In this document: piece after piece, positions 26,939-36,585 of the stretch | Position numbering within the stretch: position 1 is the stretch's first letter | Layout: each line of letters opens with the position of its first letter | IMG/VR virus record: IMGVR_UViG_3300006752_000019 | Location: 1 to 64,000 of that record | Reading direction: 5' to 3' (one strand) | Origin: a virus | Taxonomy: Duplodnaviria; Caudoviricetes | Length of the DNA stretch: 64,000 nucleotides | Translations under genes and position numbers: made by a program | The notes under the pieces: generated by a model | What the model saw: only the letters and a program-made list of their open reading frames with translations | Databases searched by the model: none | Told to the model about the DNA's origin: nothing

Positions 26939-27604
26939 TCAAATACAAGATTCGACTAATGCGGCCTCGGCATCTCGGCGGTAGAGTAGTCCTTTTAAGC
27001 CTTTATTTTCCCACAGGCGCTTCATGTTGCGGATTTGTATTGCAATCTCCTTGTAGTCCTTGAGTGGCACTACGGCGCGAATGCGGCGCATCTCGGCGCG
27101 TGTGGAACCACGCATGGATGCTCCACGATTAAAAACAATAGAAACTAGCGCACCGAAGGCATCGGGGTGAAGTTCTTCGCATTTTGGAAAAGCTTTTAAG
27201 GTGTAGTTGATGAATTTTGGAACAGTTGTTTTTTCAAAGACTGCTACAGCAGCTTCCCAAGGAATATGAATATCCATTACTGTGTCTGCGTGTCGTGAAG
27301 CTACATCACCTCGATAACCGCAAACCGCAATCAGTCTATTTAGGTCGCGTCTGGAGAGATGGTTTTCCCAATCAGAGCGAATGGTTTCTTCGGAATTATA
27401 CCCTAAATCATAACCAATACCAATTGTAACTCCGCTTGCTGCTTTTGGCCAAGTCGGATGATCTAGGTATTTTTCATAGTATGCCTTGCTGCCTACTTCG
27501 TATTTCAGTATAAGATCAAGAGATTTGGGGGAAAGAGAATAAATATCTGACTTTTGTGATACTTTTGAGGAACCTCTTTTTTTAAACCAACTAAATAAAC
27601 CCAT
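26939..27604 (-). CDS. Endolysin / lysozyme-like muramidase (pesticin C-terminal-like)
   Basis: LILKYEV, SGVTIGIGYDLG, ALVSIVFNRG, MKRLW, GL..RR.AEA. Confidence 0.85.
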   Translation of the reverse strand: MGLFSWFKKRGSSKVSQKSDIYSLSPKSLDLILKYEVGSKAYYEKYLDHPTWPKAASGVTIGIGYDLGYNSEETIRSDWENHLSRRDLNRLIAVCGYRGDVASRHADTVMDIHIPWEAAVAVFEKTTVPKFINYTLKAFPKCEELHPDAFGALVSIVFNRGASMRGSTRAEMRRIRAVVPLKDYKEIAIQIRNMKRLWENKGLKGLLYRRDAEAALVESCI

Positions 27605-27612
27605 ATAATTTT

Positions 27613-28458
27613 TTACACATTATATTTGATGTAGTCCACCACTTTTGTCCACTCTAAATTTCCGATAACTTTTGTTAGTTTACTGTTGTCAGCCTTTGTA
27701 TACTGTTGGTATCCTTTTTGAATAGATGGAGGCATTGGAATACGTTCTATTTTTGCGTTATATTTATCGGCAATTAATTCAGCAACTCTTTCAAAAGAAA
27801 CATTGTGTCCTGTTCCTACATTATAGACCCCTGTATGGCCGCAATATAACATTCTGTAATGAGCCTCGCACACATCATCAACATGAACAAAGTCCCTGTA
27901 AAATCTATCGCTGCAATAGAATAGTTTGATTACGCCGTTTTCTTTGGCTTGTTTTGTGAAGGTGTGGATTGGGCTGGCTTGTCCTTCCTTGTGATCTTCA
28001 CATTTTCCGTAGACATTGAAATATCGAAAACCTTGGTATGGAAAAGTTTGTGTTTGAAGCCAAACATCAAACATATACTTGCTCAAGGCATACGCATTAA
28101 TAGGATAACAAAACTGATCTTCTTTGAACACTACATTCTCATGATTACCGTAGACGCTTGCGCTACTAGCATATTGGAATTTAGTATTCGTAAGTTTACA
28201 TTGGTTGTATAGTTCCTGAGAAAAGATAAAGTTTTGCTTGAGGATTTTAGGCAGGTTTTTTTCTGTGGTTGACGAGTTTGCGCCAAGATGAATGACTGCA
28301 CTAAATCCTCTAAGGTCTGGAACGTAATACGCTGATTCACCACCAAACGGGATGTTTTTAACGTCATAACCAACAACATCAAAATCACGAGCAGACAAAT
28401 ACTCGCACATATTCTGGCCAATAAAACCTTCGCTTCCCGTTACTAAAATTCTAGTCAT
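27613..28458 (-). CDS. hldD: ADP-L-glycero-D-manno-heptose 6-epimerase-like SDR
   Basis: VTGSEGFIG, HLGANSSTTE, YASSASVYG, P.NAYALSK, FRYFNVYG..E.HK...ASP, RDFVHVDD, YQQYT.AD. Confidence 0.88.
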   Translation of the reverse strand: MTRILVTGSEGFIGQNMCEYLSARDFDVVGYDVKNIPFGGESAYYVPDLRGFSAVIHLGANSSTTEKNLPKILKQNFIFSQELYNQCKLTNTKFQYASSASVYGNHENVVFKEDQFCYPINAYALSKYMFDVWLQTQTFPYQGFRYFNVYGKCEDHKEGQASPIHTFTKQAKENGVIKLFYCSDRFYRDFVHVDDVCEAHYRMLYCGHTGVYNVGTGHNVSFERVAELIADKYNAKIERIPMPPSIQKGYQQYTKADNSKLTKVIGNLEWTKVVDYIKYNV

Positions 28459-28498
28459 GCCACATTATAGCGGCGTTTAAAGCAAGAGTAAAGAAATT

Positions 28499-29908
28499 TT
28501 AGATATTATCTTCTTCAACCTGATCTGTGACTTGAACAAGTTCTGGATTCAGGATAAGGATATCTTCTTGGGCTGGCAAGTCGTCAATATCTACATCTTC
28601 AATCATGTCTGAATCAGATGCGGTAATTTCTGAAACCGACTTTGTAGACCACATTTTACAAGACCAGTAGCGAGCTGAAGTCTTATCCTTGGCAGTGTCG
28701 CACTTGTGTCGAGCGCGGAAGTTTTTTCTAGCATCTGGATCGTCACGTTTGATTTCCATGTTTGGATCACCAAACTTAACCATGATAGTGTTTCCAGTTT
28801 TTGGGTTTTTAACATAAACGCCAAACTTCTTTTTGCTGCCAGAAGGCAAACGGAAAGGTTTATTTAAAGTCTTTTTTTCTGCCTCTGTATAATCAAGGTC
28901 TTCGATTTCTTGATAAGACTCGTCATAGGCGGCTACCTTTTCTAAATCTTCGGCGGCAGCAACAAAATCAACATCTTCGAAATCAACAAAGGATTGACCT
29001 TCTTGTTCAATGTAGTATTCTTCGTGACCCTTTGCAACGTCTTGATCTGCTTCGCGGTAAGATTTTTTAACTTTACCTCCGCGCATCATTTTGAGGAACA
29101 TGTTGACTCTGGCCATTGCCCATGAACCGCGAGTTTGGTTTGGGCGGTGACTAGAACTAAATGCGCCAGCACCACGGCGATATACTTTTTTAAGTTGAGA
29201 AAGAGTGACTTTTTTAGAGTGCTTGTCGTTGTGTTCCTTAACTTTGTTTTTAAGAGAAGTGGTAACCTTTTCAGAAAAGGTGATTTTTTTACCATCTTGA
29301 CCTGCACTACCCTTGGGATTCTTTTTGGAACCCTTTTTGCGCTCACTCGGTTTTGCTGGAGTTTGGGCTGCGCTTTTTCTGCCAGCTCTTTTTGCTGATT
29401 CAGATTCAACAAAATTATTTAATTCTTCTGAGAGAGTTAGTCCCTGTAATCCTTTTGTATAAGAATTACTTTCTTTTTCAGATACTCCTGCTTTTTTGAT
29501 ATCCAATCTTGCGACCGCGAAATCAAGTTCTTGATAATCAAAAAATACTTTATCGCTAGTCTCTACGTCATATTCCAAATCTCCATCTGCGATATCACGA
29601 TCTGCAATTTTGTATGCTTTGGAGACTTTCTTGCCTTCATGCATATAGAGAAAGTTATTAACACGAGCGAATGCCCATTGCATAGTGCTTTTACCAGCAC
29701 AGTAAACGCTTTCGGTTACAGATTGACCTCTATTAAAAACACTTATTAGTTGATCAACAGTAACCTTGTCGTTAAAATTATCATTATGAAGGTTAGCTTT
29801 AACCTCCAAATAATCAGAAACACGATCCTCCATAGACAGAGGTTGATCCTCTGATTTCGGGTGCGCTTCTAAAAATTTACGAGCTTCTTGAGAAAAGTCA
29901 ACGTCCAT
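28499..29908 (-). CDS. Multidomain phage protein with a duplicated WAxARVNxFL domain and C-terminal RARH.C/YWSC domain
   Basis: Two related ~110-aa units plus KKFGVYVKNP...FGDP...ARKNFRARHKC...YWSCKMW. Confidence 0.65.
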   Translation of the reverse strand: MDVDFSQEARKFLEAHPKSEDQPLSMEDRVSDYLEVKANLHNDNFNDKVTVDQLISVFNRGQSVTESVYCAGKSTMQWAFARVNNFLYMHEGKKVSKAYKIADRDIADGDLEYDVETSDKVFFDYQELDFAVARLDIKKAGVSEKESNSYTKGLQGLTLSEELNNFVESESAKRAGRKSAAQTPAKPSERKKGSKKNPKGSAGQDGKKITFSEKVTTSLKNKVKEHNDKHSKKVTLSQLKKVYRRGAGAFSSSHRPNQTRGSWAMARVNMFLKMMRGGKVKKSYREADQDVAKGHEEYYIEQEGQSFVDFEDVDFVAAAEDLEKVAAYDESYQEIEDLDYTEAEKKTLNKPFRLPSGSKKKFGVYVKNPKTGNTIMVKFGDPNMEIKRDDPDARKNFRARHKCDTAKDKTSARYWSCKMWSTKSVSEITASDSDMIEDVDIDDLPAQEDILILNPELVQVTDQVEEDNI

Positions 29909-29924
29909 ATAGTTATGCTTACAC

Positions 29925-30179
29925 TTATTTCAAGTCGAGGGCTTTGTAAGTTTGGACTTTTTGATCGTCCGTCATTTCTTCAAATTGCTTTTCCAAACTA
30001 TCTGCTACAAAAGAAGAAACAATCTTAATAGTATCTGTGATCGAGGTAGCATTCATCATCTGTGCATGGAGAACCTGTTTGAGTTGAAGCTCTTGTTCTT
30101 CGGTCAGCGATTCTTTGCCAAATCCAGCGATTGCTTTATTGATATCTGCCGATTCTTGTGGGGTTGTTTTGTCGCTCAT
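29925..30179 (-). CDS. Hypothetical protein
   Basis: ORF track. Confidence 0.55.
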   Translation of the reverse strand: MSDKTTPQESADINKAIAGFGKESLTEEQELQLKQVLHAQMMNATSITDTIKIVSSFVADSLEKQFEEMTDDQKVQTYKALDLK

Positions 30180-30388
30180 TTTTTAAGTTTTTTATTGATT
30201 CTGCGGGATTTTCGTGCCATTTTGTTTTTAGTGCGGCGCTTGGCAGTTTTGTTGGCCTTGCTTTGTGCCAGAAGCTTTCTGCGCTTCATTTGTTTAACAA
30301 TAGAGGCGATTTGTTCTGGAGAAAGCTGCAATGCAGGAGAATCTTTGGGGGATTCTTGTTGTGCTGTTTCTTTGTTTTCTTCGCTCAT
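30176..30388 (-). CDS. Small protein with highly basic C-terminus
   Basis: ORF track; RRTKNKMARKSRRINKKLKK. Confidence 0.6.
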   Translation of the reverse strand: MSEENKETAQQESPKDSPALQLSPEQIASIVKQMKRRKLLAQSKANKTAKRRTKNKMARKSRRINKKLKK

Positions 30389-30591
30389 GCGTTATTTTTG
30401 GGCTTGGGCTTGCTAACGTAAACGCGCACATCTGCTTCGTTGGAGCCGTCTTTCTTGAAAGTGTTGAGATAGGCAACAACTTCTTGTCTTTCGCCATTTA
30501 CCTCAACATAACCAGAATAAAAGTCTCCCTTGGTTCCTTGCCTAAGCCATAGGCCACCACATTCTCTTTGTTTCCATTCTTCTTTAGACAT
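30385..30591 (-). CDS. Small DUF736-like phage protein
   Basis: GGLW.....G.FYSG...N.FK.....D.RVY pattern. Confidence 0.55.
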   Translation of the reverse strand: MSKEEWKQRECGGLWLRQGTKGDFYSGYVEVNGERQEVVAYLNTFKKDGSNEADVRVYVSKPKPKNNA

Positions 30592-30597
30592 AATAAT

Positions 30598-30762
30598 TTA
30601 ACTCTTGTAACTAAGTTGATTAATCATAGCAGCCTTGTATGGGGCTGGCATACGGGTATAATGTTTTTTAAACGTATTGTAGGTTCGCTTTTGGATTGGG
30701 TTAGCGTTTTTGGCATCGTATTTCAATGCCTTGCGGATTTTCTTTGCTGTTTTACCACTCAT
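30598..30762 (-). CDS. Small basic protein, 54 aa (MSGKTAKKIRK...)
   Basis: Hand-translated; fills the gap between neighbours. Confidence 0.55.
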   Translation of the reverse strand: MSGKTAKKIRKALKYDAKNANPIQKRTYNTFKKHYTRMPAPYKAAMINQLSYKS

Positions 30763-30773
30763 AAAATTAAAGG

Positions 30774-30837
30774 TCGGGAGCTAGAGGACAATGTTCTAAT
30801 GATATATATGCTTGTAAGTGATTCCTCTAGCTCCCGA
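30774..30837. repeat. Perfect 15-bp inverted repeat with 34-nt spacer
   Basis: tcgggagctagagga (30774-30788) / tcctctagctcccga (30823-30837). Confidence 0.9.
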
Positions 30838-30844
30838 TTAAAGG

Positions 30845-31054
30845 TTAGACAAGGCTAACTCGTGCAATGCTGGTCTTAGCCAACTTACGGGTTTGCGAAT
30901 TGTTGCGGTCATAAACCTCAACATACCTTGGGCTGTCACTACGGAACTGAGCATTGATCGCTTCGCCCTGAGTAGTGTAAAGGCCAAAGAATCGACCTCG
31001 CGAATTACGCATAGCGGTAACCGCACGGCGCTGATTATTGTTTAGTTGCTTCAT
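30845..31054 (-). CDS. Hypothetical phage protein
   Basis: ORF track; TTGACT-17-TAATAT upstream. Confidence 0.65.
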   Translation of the reverse strand: MKQLNNNQRRAVTAMRNSRGRFFGLYTTQGEAINAQFRSDSPRYVEVYDRNNSQTRKLAKTSIARVSLV

Positions 31055-33417
31055 GTTGTTATATTACGTTGCTTTTTATCAAAAGTCAAGAGCTTTTCGA
31101 GGAAAATTTGCTTTTCTCCCTTCAAAATGGCTGGGGCGAGGCGTTTTTTGACCTCTTTTTCAAAATGGTCATTCAATGACTGTATTTTATTGTCCTCTTC
31201 GGCAATATTGTCCACGAAGTTTTTAATGAATTTAAAATCAAAAACCAACTCGACTCCGCTCATTTTGAAGTTTTTGTTCATCTGGTGAAGTCGATTCCAA
31301 AGAACACGGCGCAAATCTCTCTTATTGAGTTCTCCAAGGAAAATATTGCTAGTAAAATACTTTGAGAGCGCTGGAGAGACTAATGATGTTGCCTCACCAC
31401 TATTTCCGTTAAAACCCATAGACTTCTCGCTGGTTACATCACTTGTCAGGAAGAATTTACAGTTTGAGAAATCAGCAATTTCTCCAGATGGCATCTGAAG
31501 CCTTCCATCTTTGAAGATCTCAGAGAATAGAGTGTATGTATTAGGATTGACTTTATGGAAGTCGTCAATAATGATTACGCTATTAGGGTGGATCAAGACT
31601 TTCTCGCAAAGAGAAGTGTTATTTAGTCTTTCTGGAATGATCTTGTATTGTGCGTGTGCATCTGAGAAGTGAACGCCATTAAATGAAATAACATTCGCGC
31701 CCTCAATATCAAGGCATTCTTTTAGAAGCTTAGAAAACATACTTTTGCCGCTAAACTTCTCGCCATTCAAGCAGAACACGGCCTGAGAACCCTCTGAATC
31801 GTCAAATCCTAGATTTGAGAGCCTGATGTTTTCGTGCAGGTTTCTAATCTGTGCGTTGTTACCAACAAAGTGCTTAGAGAGATTGTCGAAGAAATTCTTT
31901 AGAGTTTGATCTTTGTGTAGGGGGTTTTCTTTTGTATCAAAAAATGATTTGAGTTGCTTGAGTGTTACAATTGCGGGTTTAGTATCTCTTGAAGAAACCC
32001 AATCGGTAAACTGAGACTCAAACTCGGAAAAAAGCTTATCTGATTCTTTTACTGTCTCGTCAAGCACTTGATCCTTGAGTTTCTGCAAGTCTTCGCTAAT
32101 GCTCCAGAACTTAACTTTAGCTTGAGCGCCGCAATGATCAATTACGTCTACTGCTTTGTCTGGATAGCATTTGTTGGGCATGAACCGTTCGCAGTAATCC
32201 AAAACATTATCTAGAAATTCTTTTGAGTAGGTTACATGATGAAACTCTTCATAAAATTCTACGATAGATGGAACAATTTTTTCCATTTGGAATTTAGAAG
32301 GTTCTCTTACGGCTACACGCTCAAAGCGGCGATCCAATGCGCTGTCTTTTTTGATTGTGTTGGTATACTCGTTAATGGTGGTTGCGCCAATACAACTAAT
32401 TGTGCCTCGCGCCAATTCTGGTTTAAGCATATTAGAAGCTTCCAGAGAGTTTTCTGAACTACCACCAGCACCAACTAAAGTATGAACCTCGTCAATAAAT
32501 AGAATCAAGTTCTCATGCTTCTTGGCTTCATTAACAAAGTTTTCCAAGCGTTCTTCAAATTGACCACGATACTGTGTGCCAGCAACCATGTTCGACAAAC
32601 TCAAAGAATAAATTACTTTATTAGCTAGTAGCTCTGGAGACTTTCCTTCTACAATGCTTGAGGCTAGTCCTTCTACAATCGAGGTTTTGCCTGTTCCTGC
32701 GGGGCCAACCAAAATGGCGTTAGGCTTTTTCTTTCTGCATAGGATGGTTGCCAGTTCTGCAATTTTTCCGTCAAAATCAATCACCTTGTCGAATTTGCCT
32801 TCAGCGGCTTTAATATTAAGGTTTTCAGCGAACTGAGAAAGGATTTCGTTCTCAGCAAACATATCCAGAAACTCTGCCGTGGGTTCTGTGGATTCTGAGG
32901 ATTCAAAGAGTTCTGGCACACCGCCATTACGGGGTTCAAATTCATTTTGCTCCTCAAATTCTTCGTCTCGCAAATAACAAGCAACCTTATCAATTAGCTT
33001 ATCGGCAAATTCTGTATAATCGCCGTCTTCGTAAAATACTTCTTTAAAGACGGGAGGTGCAAATTCTGGAGTAAGAAGATTGATAAAGATTGCTTCGGGG
33101 GCAACATAATCAAGCTCAAATACTTCAAGAGAGATTTCTTCGCAGCATTCTAGGAATCTTTCAAGCTTAAAGGTGAAGTGGATGTTTTCCCTGTATTCGT
33201 ATTTTCTCTTTTTTTCAACGCGCTTGATGCTCTTTGATAGAAGTGTTGCAAGAACTTCTTTGTTGTTAATGATTGTCAAGCACCCCAACCCTAAATTAGA
33301 AAGAAAAACTGTGACAAATAAATCAATGTCAACGCTTTTTAGTTTAAGGTCTTGCGCGGCGCGTTTGCATTTTTCAAACACACCTTGTGTTTCTGGCAGG
33401 TATTTATCGTGTTTCAT
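31051..33417 (-). CDS. clpA: ClpA/ClpC-like AAA+ chaperone (Clp protease ATP-binding subunit)
   Basis: D1: GPAGTGKT, AGTQYRGQFE, FIDEVH, LKPELARG, IGATT..EY, ALDRRF. Degenerate D2. No ClpB M-domain. Confidence 0.8.
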   Translation of the reverse strand: MKHDKYLPETQGVFEKCKRAAQDLKLKSVDIDLFVTVFLSNLGLGCLTIINNKEVLATLLSKSIKRVEKKRKYEYRENIHFTFKLERFLECCEEISLEVFELDYVAPEAIFINLLTPEFAPPVFKEVFYEDGDYTEFADKLIDKVACYLRDEEFEEQNEFEPRNGGVPELFESSESTEPTAEFLDMFAENEILSQFAENLNIKAAEGKFDKVIDFDGKIAELATILCRKKKPNAILVGPAGTGKTSIVEGLASSIVEGKSPELLANKVIYSLSLSNMVAGTQYRGQFEERLENFVNEAKKHENLILFIDEVHTLVGAGGSSENSLEASNMLKPELARGTISCIGATTINEYTNTIKKDSALDRRFERVAVREPSKFQMEKIVPSIVEFYEEFHHVTYSKEFLDNVLDYCERFMPNKCYPDKAVDVIDHCGAQAKVKFWSISEDLQKLKDQVLDETVKESDKLFSEFESQFTDWVSSRDTKPAIVTLKQLKSFFDTKENPLHKDQTLKNFFDNLSKHFVGNNAQIRNLHENIRLSNLGFDDSEGSQAVFCLNGEKFSGKSMFSKLLKECLDIEGANVISFNGVHFSDAHAQYKIIPERLNNTSLCEKVLIHPNSVIIIDDFHKVNPNTYTLFSEIFKDGRLQMPSGEIADFSNCKFFLTSDVTSEKSMGFNGNSGEATSLVSPALSKYFTSNIFLGELNKRDLRRVLWNRLHQMNKNFKMSGVELVFDFKFIKNFVDNIAEEDNKIQSLNDHFEKEVKKRLAPAILKGEKQIFLEKLLTFDKKQRNITT

Positions 33418-35965
33418 GTTTTTTGAAGTCACTCAGCTTCATAAGAACAGAGGAGTTGATAACTTTGACGCTTTCTGCGAAAGAGCTATCGCTATCGCTC
33501 TTTGAACCAAAGATAACTACTATGTCTTCCTTTTTGACTGTATTGCGTTCCAAGAAATCTGTAAGTTTAGCACTTCTAGCGTTATCCATAAAGATGAACT
33601 TGTGGTTGGCTGAGTTATCATTACCAAAGATCATCATATACTTATTACCATTTCTTGAAGTCCTTGTAAAGACATCTTTTACTTGTAATACAGATTTAAA
33701 GTTACAGCCCTCGGAAAGATCAGAAACTTCTTTTAGGTCTTTGAGCATATTGTATTCATTATCAAAACAATCTTTTAGTTTGTAAGAATAGCTATAGCCC
33801 AGCAAAGAGTTTTCATACCACCAGTATGTAAACTTGTGATGCTTCTTGTTTTCATTATAGATGCCGCGATATTCAGAAAACTTTTTCTTAAATGTTTCGA
33901 ATCGACTTGTCTTCATGATTGGGCGATTATCATCGCCAAGAGTTTGTTTTTCTACCACTTCTGCAATAGAATCAAGAAGATCAAAGTTAAACCTCTCGCC
34001 AATCTTTTCAAAGTTGCGTTTCTCGCGATCTGTGAGCAGATTGAATGCTTGTGCTTCTAAGACTAGACGAATGCGGTTCTCAGTGTTACTATCCATTGTG
34101 CCAGCCTGAATCAGAGCGGCGAGAACAGAGATGTTGATACCACACTCCTTAGCTGCAACGAAGGCGTGATATTTATTATCAAATGTATTACCGCGAAACT
34201 TAACCAAGCTCTCAAGAGACTTCATAGAGATTCCTTTGATGCTGTTGAGTCCATAGCGAATATTGTCGCCCTCGATCTTGAAGTTTAAATCAGATTTAAA
34301 TAAATCAGGTGGCAGTAACTTGATGCCGAAATCACAAAGCTCTTGATTTACAGATGAAATTGTGAGAAGGGGGTCTGGTTCGAACTCTGCTGCCTCCAGA
34401 ACGCTCAAGAAAAACTCTTGAGGGTGTTTGTATTTGAGATACACTGTCTTTGCCGCCAGAGTCGCGTAAGCGAAGCTGTGAGACTTGTTGAAGGAGTAGT
34501 TAGCCGCAGCATCAAGGGCAGTCCAGAAGTAATCTGCAACAGATTCTTCCATGCCTTTTTCTTGAGCAGCATTGTAAATCTTTTCTTTCCAAGGTTGCAT
34601 TTTGTCAACCATTTTTTTACCCACGATGCGGCGAACATCATCGGCATCCTGAAGTGAGAAACCGAAGACTTGAGAAATACACTGCATGAGTGTTTCCTGA
34701 TACAAGAATACGTTCTTGCTTTCACGCAGTAGTTCATCCATCACGGGGTGAACACCAAGTTCGCTTGGTGCGGTTTTCTGAGTGATATATTCATTAACGA
34801 ATTGCAAGCTTGATGGTCGCGCCAAAGCCACAACGTCAGAAAGCTCTGCTAGGTTCATTGGTTTTACATCACGACAAACTTGATAGTTTGTGTCAGCAGA
34901 AATTTGAAACAGACCCATCGGGTGATTGAAGTCTTGTAGCACACGATAGATTTTATTATCGTTTGGGTCGATATCTTCAAGTCTCTCTCCAATCTTCTGA
35001 CATGTCTTGTGGGCGATAGTCAGGGTGCGAAGACCAAGAATATCAAACTTAACCATCAAATCAGCAACATCATGCATATTGTAGCCTGTTACAAGATCGC
35101 CATCCTTACTACGTTGAAGAGGGACAACATTGGTAATGTCTTGGCTACAAATTGCAATGCCTGATGGGTGGACACCTGTATTCTTAATTAGACCTTCGAT
35201 AATCAGCGCGTTCTTAATTGTGCGTTTATGCTTCTTAGTCCACTGCTCAAACTTTTCGTCTTCTTCGATTGCTTTGCTAAGAGGAAGAACGATGCCGTGT
35301 GCTTTAGGGATTAGATCACTTACGCTCTTTGCATCATCTTCAGATGCTTCATCAAAATATTTAGTGGCTTCGCGAATGCAAAGCTTAGAACTGAAAGTAT
35401 TAAAGGTAAGAATTTTTGCGGTTCTACCTGCGTGAGTTTTTTCAATGTATTCAATAACCTTGCCACGCTTCTCGTAAGAGATATCGTTATCAATATCAGG
35501 CAACACGCTACCAACAAGAAACTCTTTGCCATGTTTGTCTGTAACCTTTCGCGCACGACTCTTGGATACGAATCGTTCGAAGAAAAGTCCATGAGGGATT
35601 GGGTCAATGTCTGTAACACCAAGAAGATACAGAACCAATGATCCTGCCGCACTACCGCGACCACCGCCAACTGGAATATCATTATCGTGACAGAAGTTAA
35701 TTACATCCCAATTCAAAAGAATATAATCAATAAAGCCAAGTTCGCTCAAAGTTTCAAGTTCAAACTTGACGCGATCAATATAGTCCTGATTCTTTTCAAG
35801 GCCACGCTTGAGCATACCTTGATAGCAAAGCTTGCGAACGATTTCATAGTTTGAGCTGCCTTCTTTTAGTTCTAGCTCAGATAAAGTTTTTGCGTCAACA
35901 GGAGTGTTAGGAAGTTCGACTCCTTTCGGCTCTGCGTCATCGTATGGTTGGAAGTTTTTAAACAT
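33404..35965 (-). CDS. dnaE: DNA polymerase III alpha-type (family C) core lacking most of the PHP domain
   Basis: GRGSAAGSLV, FERF, PDIDND, HPSG, KFDILGL, Y.FNKSH, IRYGL..IKG, C-terminal OB fold. Confidence 0.93.
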   Translation of the reverse strand: MFKNFQPYDDAEPKGVELPNTPVDAKTLSELELKEGSSNYEIVRKLCYQGMLKRGLEKNQDYIDRVKFELETLSELGFIDYILLNWDVINFCHDNDIPVGGGRGSAAGSLVLYLLGVTDIDPIPHGLFFERFVSKSRARKVTDKHGKEFLVGSVLPDIDNDISYEKRGKVIEYIEKTHAGRTAKILTFNTFSSKLCIREATKYFDEASEDDAKSVSDLIPKAHGIVLPLSKAIEEDEKFEQWTKKHKRTIKNALIIEGLIKNTGVHPSGIAICSQDITNVVPLQRSKDGDLVTGYNMHDVADLMVKFDILGLRTLTIAHKTCQKIGERLEDIDPNDNKIYRVLQDFNHPMGLFQISADTNYQVCRDVKPMNLAELSDVVALARPSSLQFVNEYITQKTAPSELGVHPVMDELLRESKNVFLYQETLMQCISQVFGFSLQDADDVRRIVGKKMVDKMQPWKEKIYNAAQEKGMEESVADYFWTALDAAANYSFNKSHSFAYATLAAKTVYLKYKHPQEFFLSVLEAAEFEPDPLLTISSVNQELCDFGIKLLPPDLFKSDLNFKIEGDNIRYGLNSIKGISMKSLESLVKFRGNTFDNKYHAFVAAKECGINISVLAALIQAGTMDSNTENRIRLVLEAQAFNLLTDREKRNFEKIGERFNFDLLDSIAEVVEKQTLGDDNRPIMKTSRFETFKKKFSEYRGIYNENKKHHKFTYWWYENSLLGYSYSYKLKDCFDNEYNMLKDLKEVSDLSEGCNFKSVLQVKDVFTRTSRNGNKYMMIFGNDNSANHKFIFMDNARSAKLTDFLERNTVKKEDIVVIFGSKSDSDSSFAESVKVINSSVLMKLSDFKKHETR

Positions 35966-36585
35966 TATAGATCAAGACCTTTCTTCAATTTACAAAACAC
36001 CTGAAAACACATCTTAACATCATACAACGCATTATGTAGCATCTTGGGGTCATGGTCAATATCCAAATGTTTCAAAAGCACACCCTGACTAACTTTGCTT
36101 TTTAGGCTGCGATCATTAATGATCTTGTATTGCCAAGAAAGGAAGTCGCCACTAGGCTTATCAAGATTCTCGCGGTAAGCCTTGCCTAGTGCGCGAGTAT
36201 CGTAGATACGATCAATATAACTAAAGTCTGGTTCGATACCAAGCATTCGTTGCATTATAGCAACCATATAAACATCAAAACCAAGTAAGTTCTGGCCAAT
36301 GATAATATATTCTGGATCATAAAGATACTTGGCTAGATCATCATAAACGGCGCGAATACTTTCTTTCTTAGAATCATATGTGCGCTGATTATAGCCTGTC
36401 AATTTTTTAATCATGTCGGAAAGCTCAAGATCAGAATACTTGATAAAGCGATCTTGCTCTTCGACCACTTTATTGCCTTCTCCCAAAACCCAAGATACTT
36501 GCCAAGGGCGAGAATAATAAAGATTCAGCCCTTCTGTTTCTGTATCGAAGCAGATGTATTTTTGATTGTATTTAAGCTTTTTCAT
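35965..36585 (-). CDS. DEDDh 3'-5' exonuclease (proofreading, epsilon-like)
   Basis: FDTETEGL, GQNLLGFD, DT, HNALYDV. Confidence 0.88.
   Translation of the reverse strand: MKKLKYNQKYICFDTETEGLNLYYSRPWQVSWVLGEGNKVVEEQDRFIKYSDLELSDMIKKLTGYNQRTYDSKKESIRAVYDDLAKYLYDPEYIIIGQNLLGFDVYMVAIMQRMLGIEPDFSYIDRIYDTRALGKAYRENLDKPSGDFLSWQYKIINDRSLKSKVSQGVLLKHLDIDHDPKMLHNALYDVKMCFQVFCKLKKGLDL

Noticed and set aside
20582-28458. Giant-virus origin or host LPS-locus contamination
   Set aside because: The genes are interleaved with phage-type genes (endolysin, nuclease) and share the same promoter motifs; sigma factor, DnaE and bacterial-type tRNAs indicate a bacteriophage.
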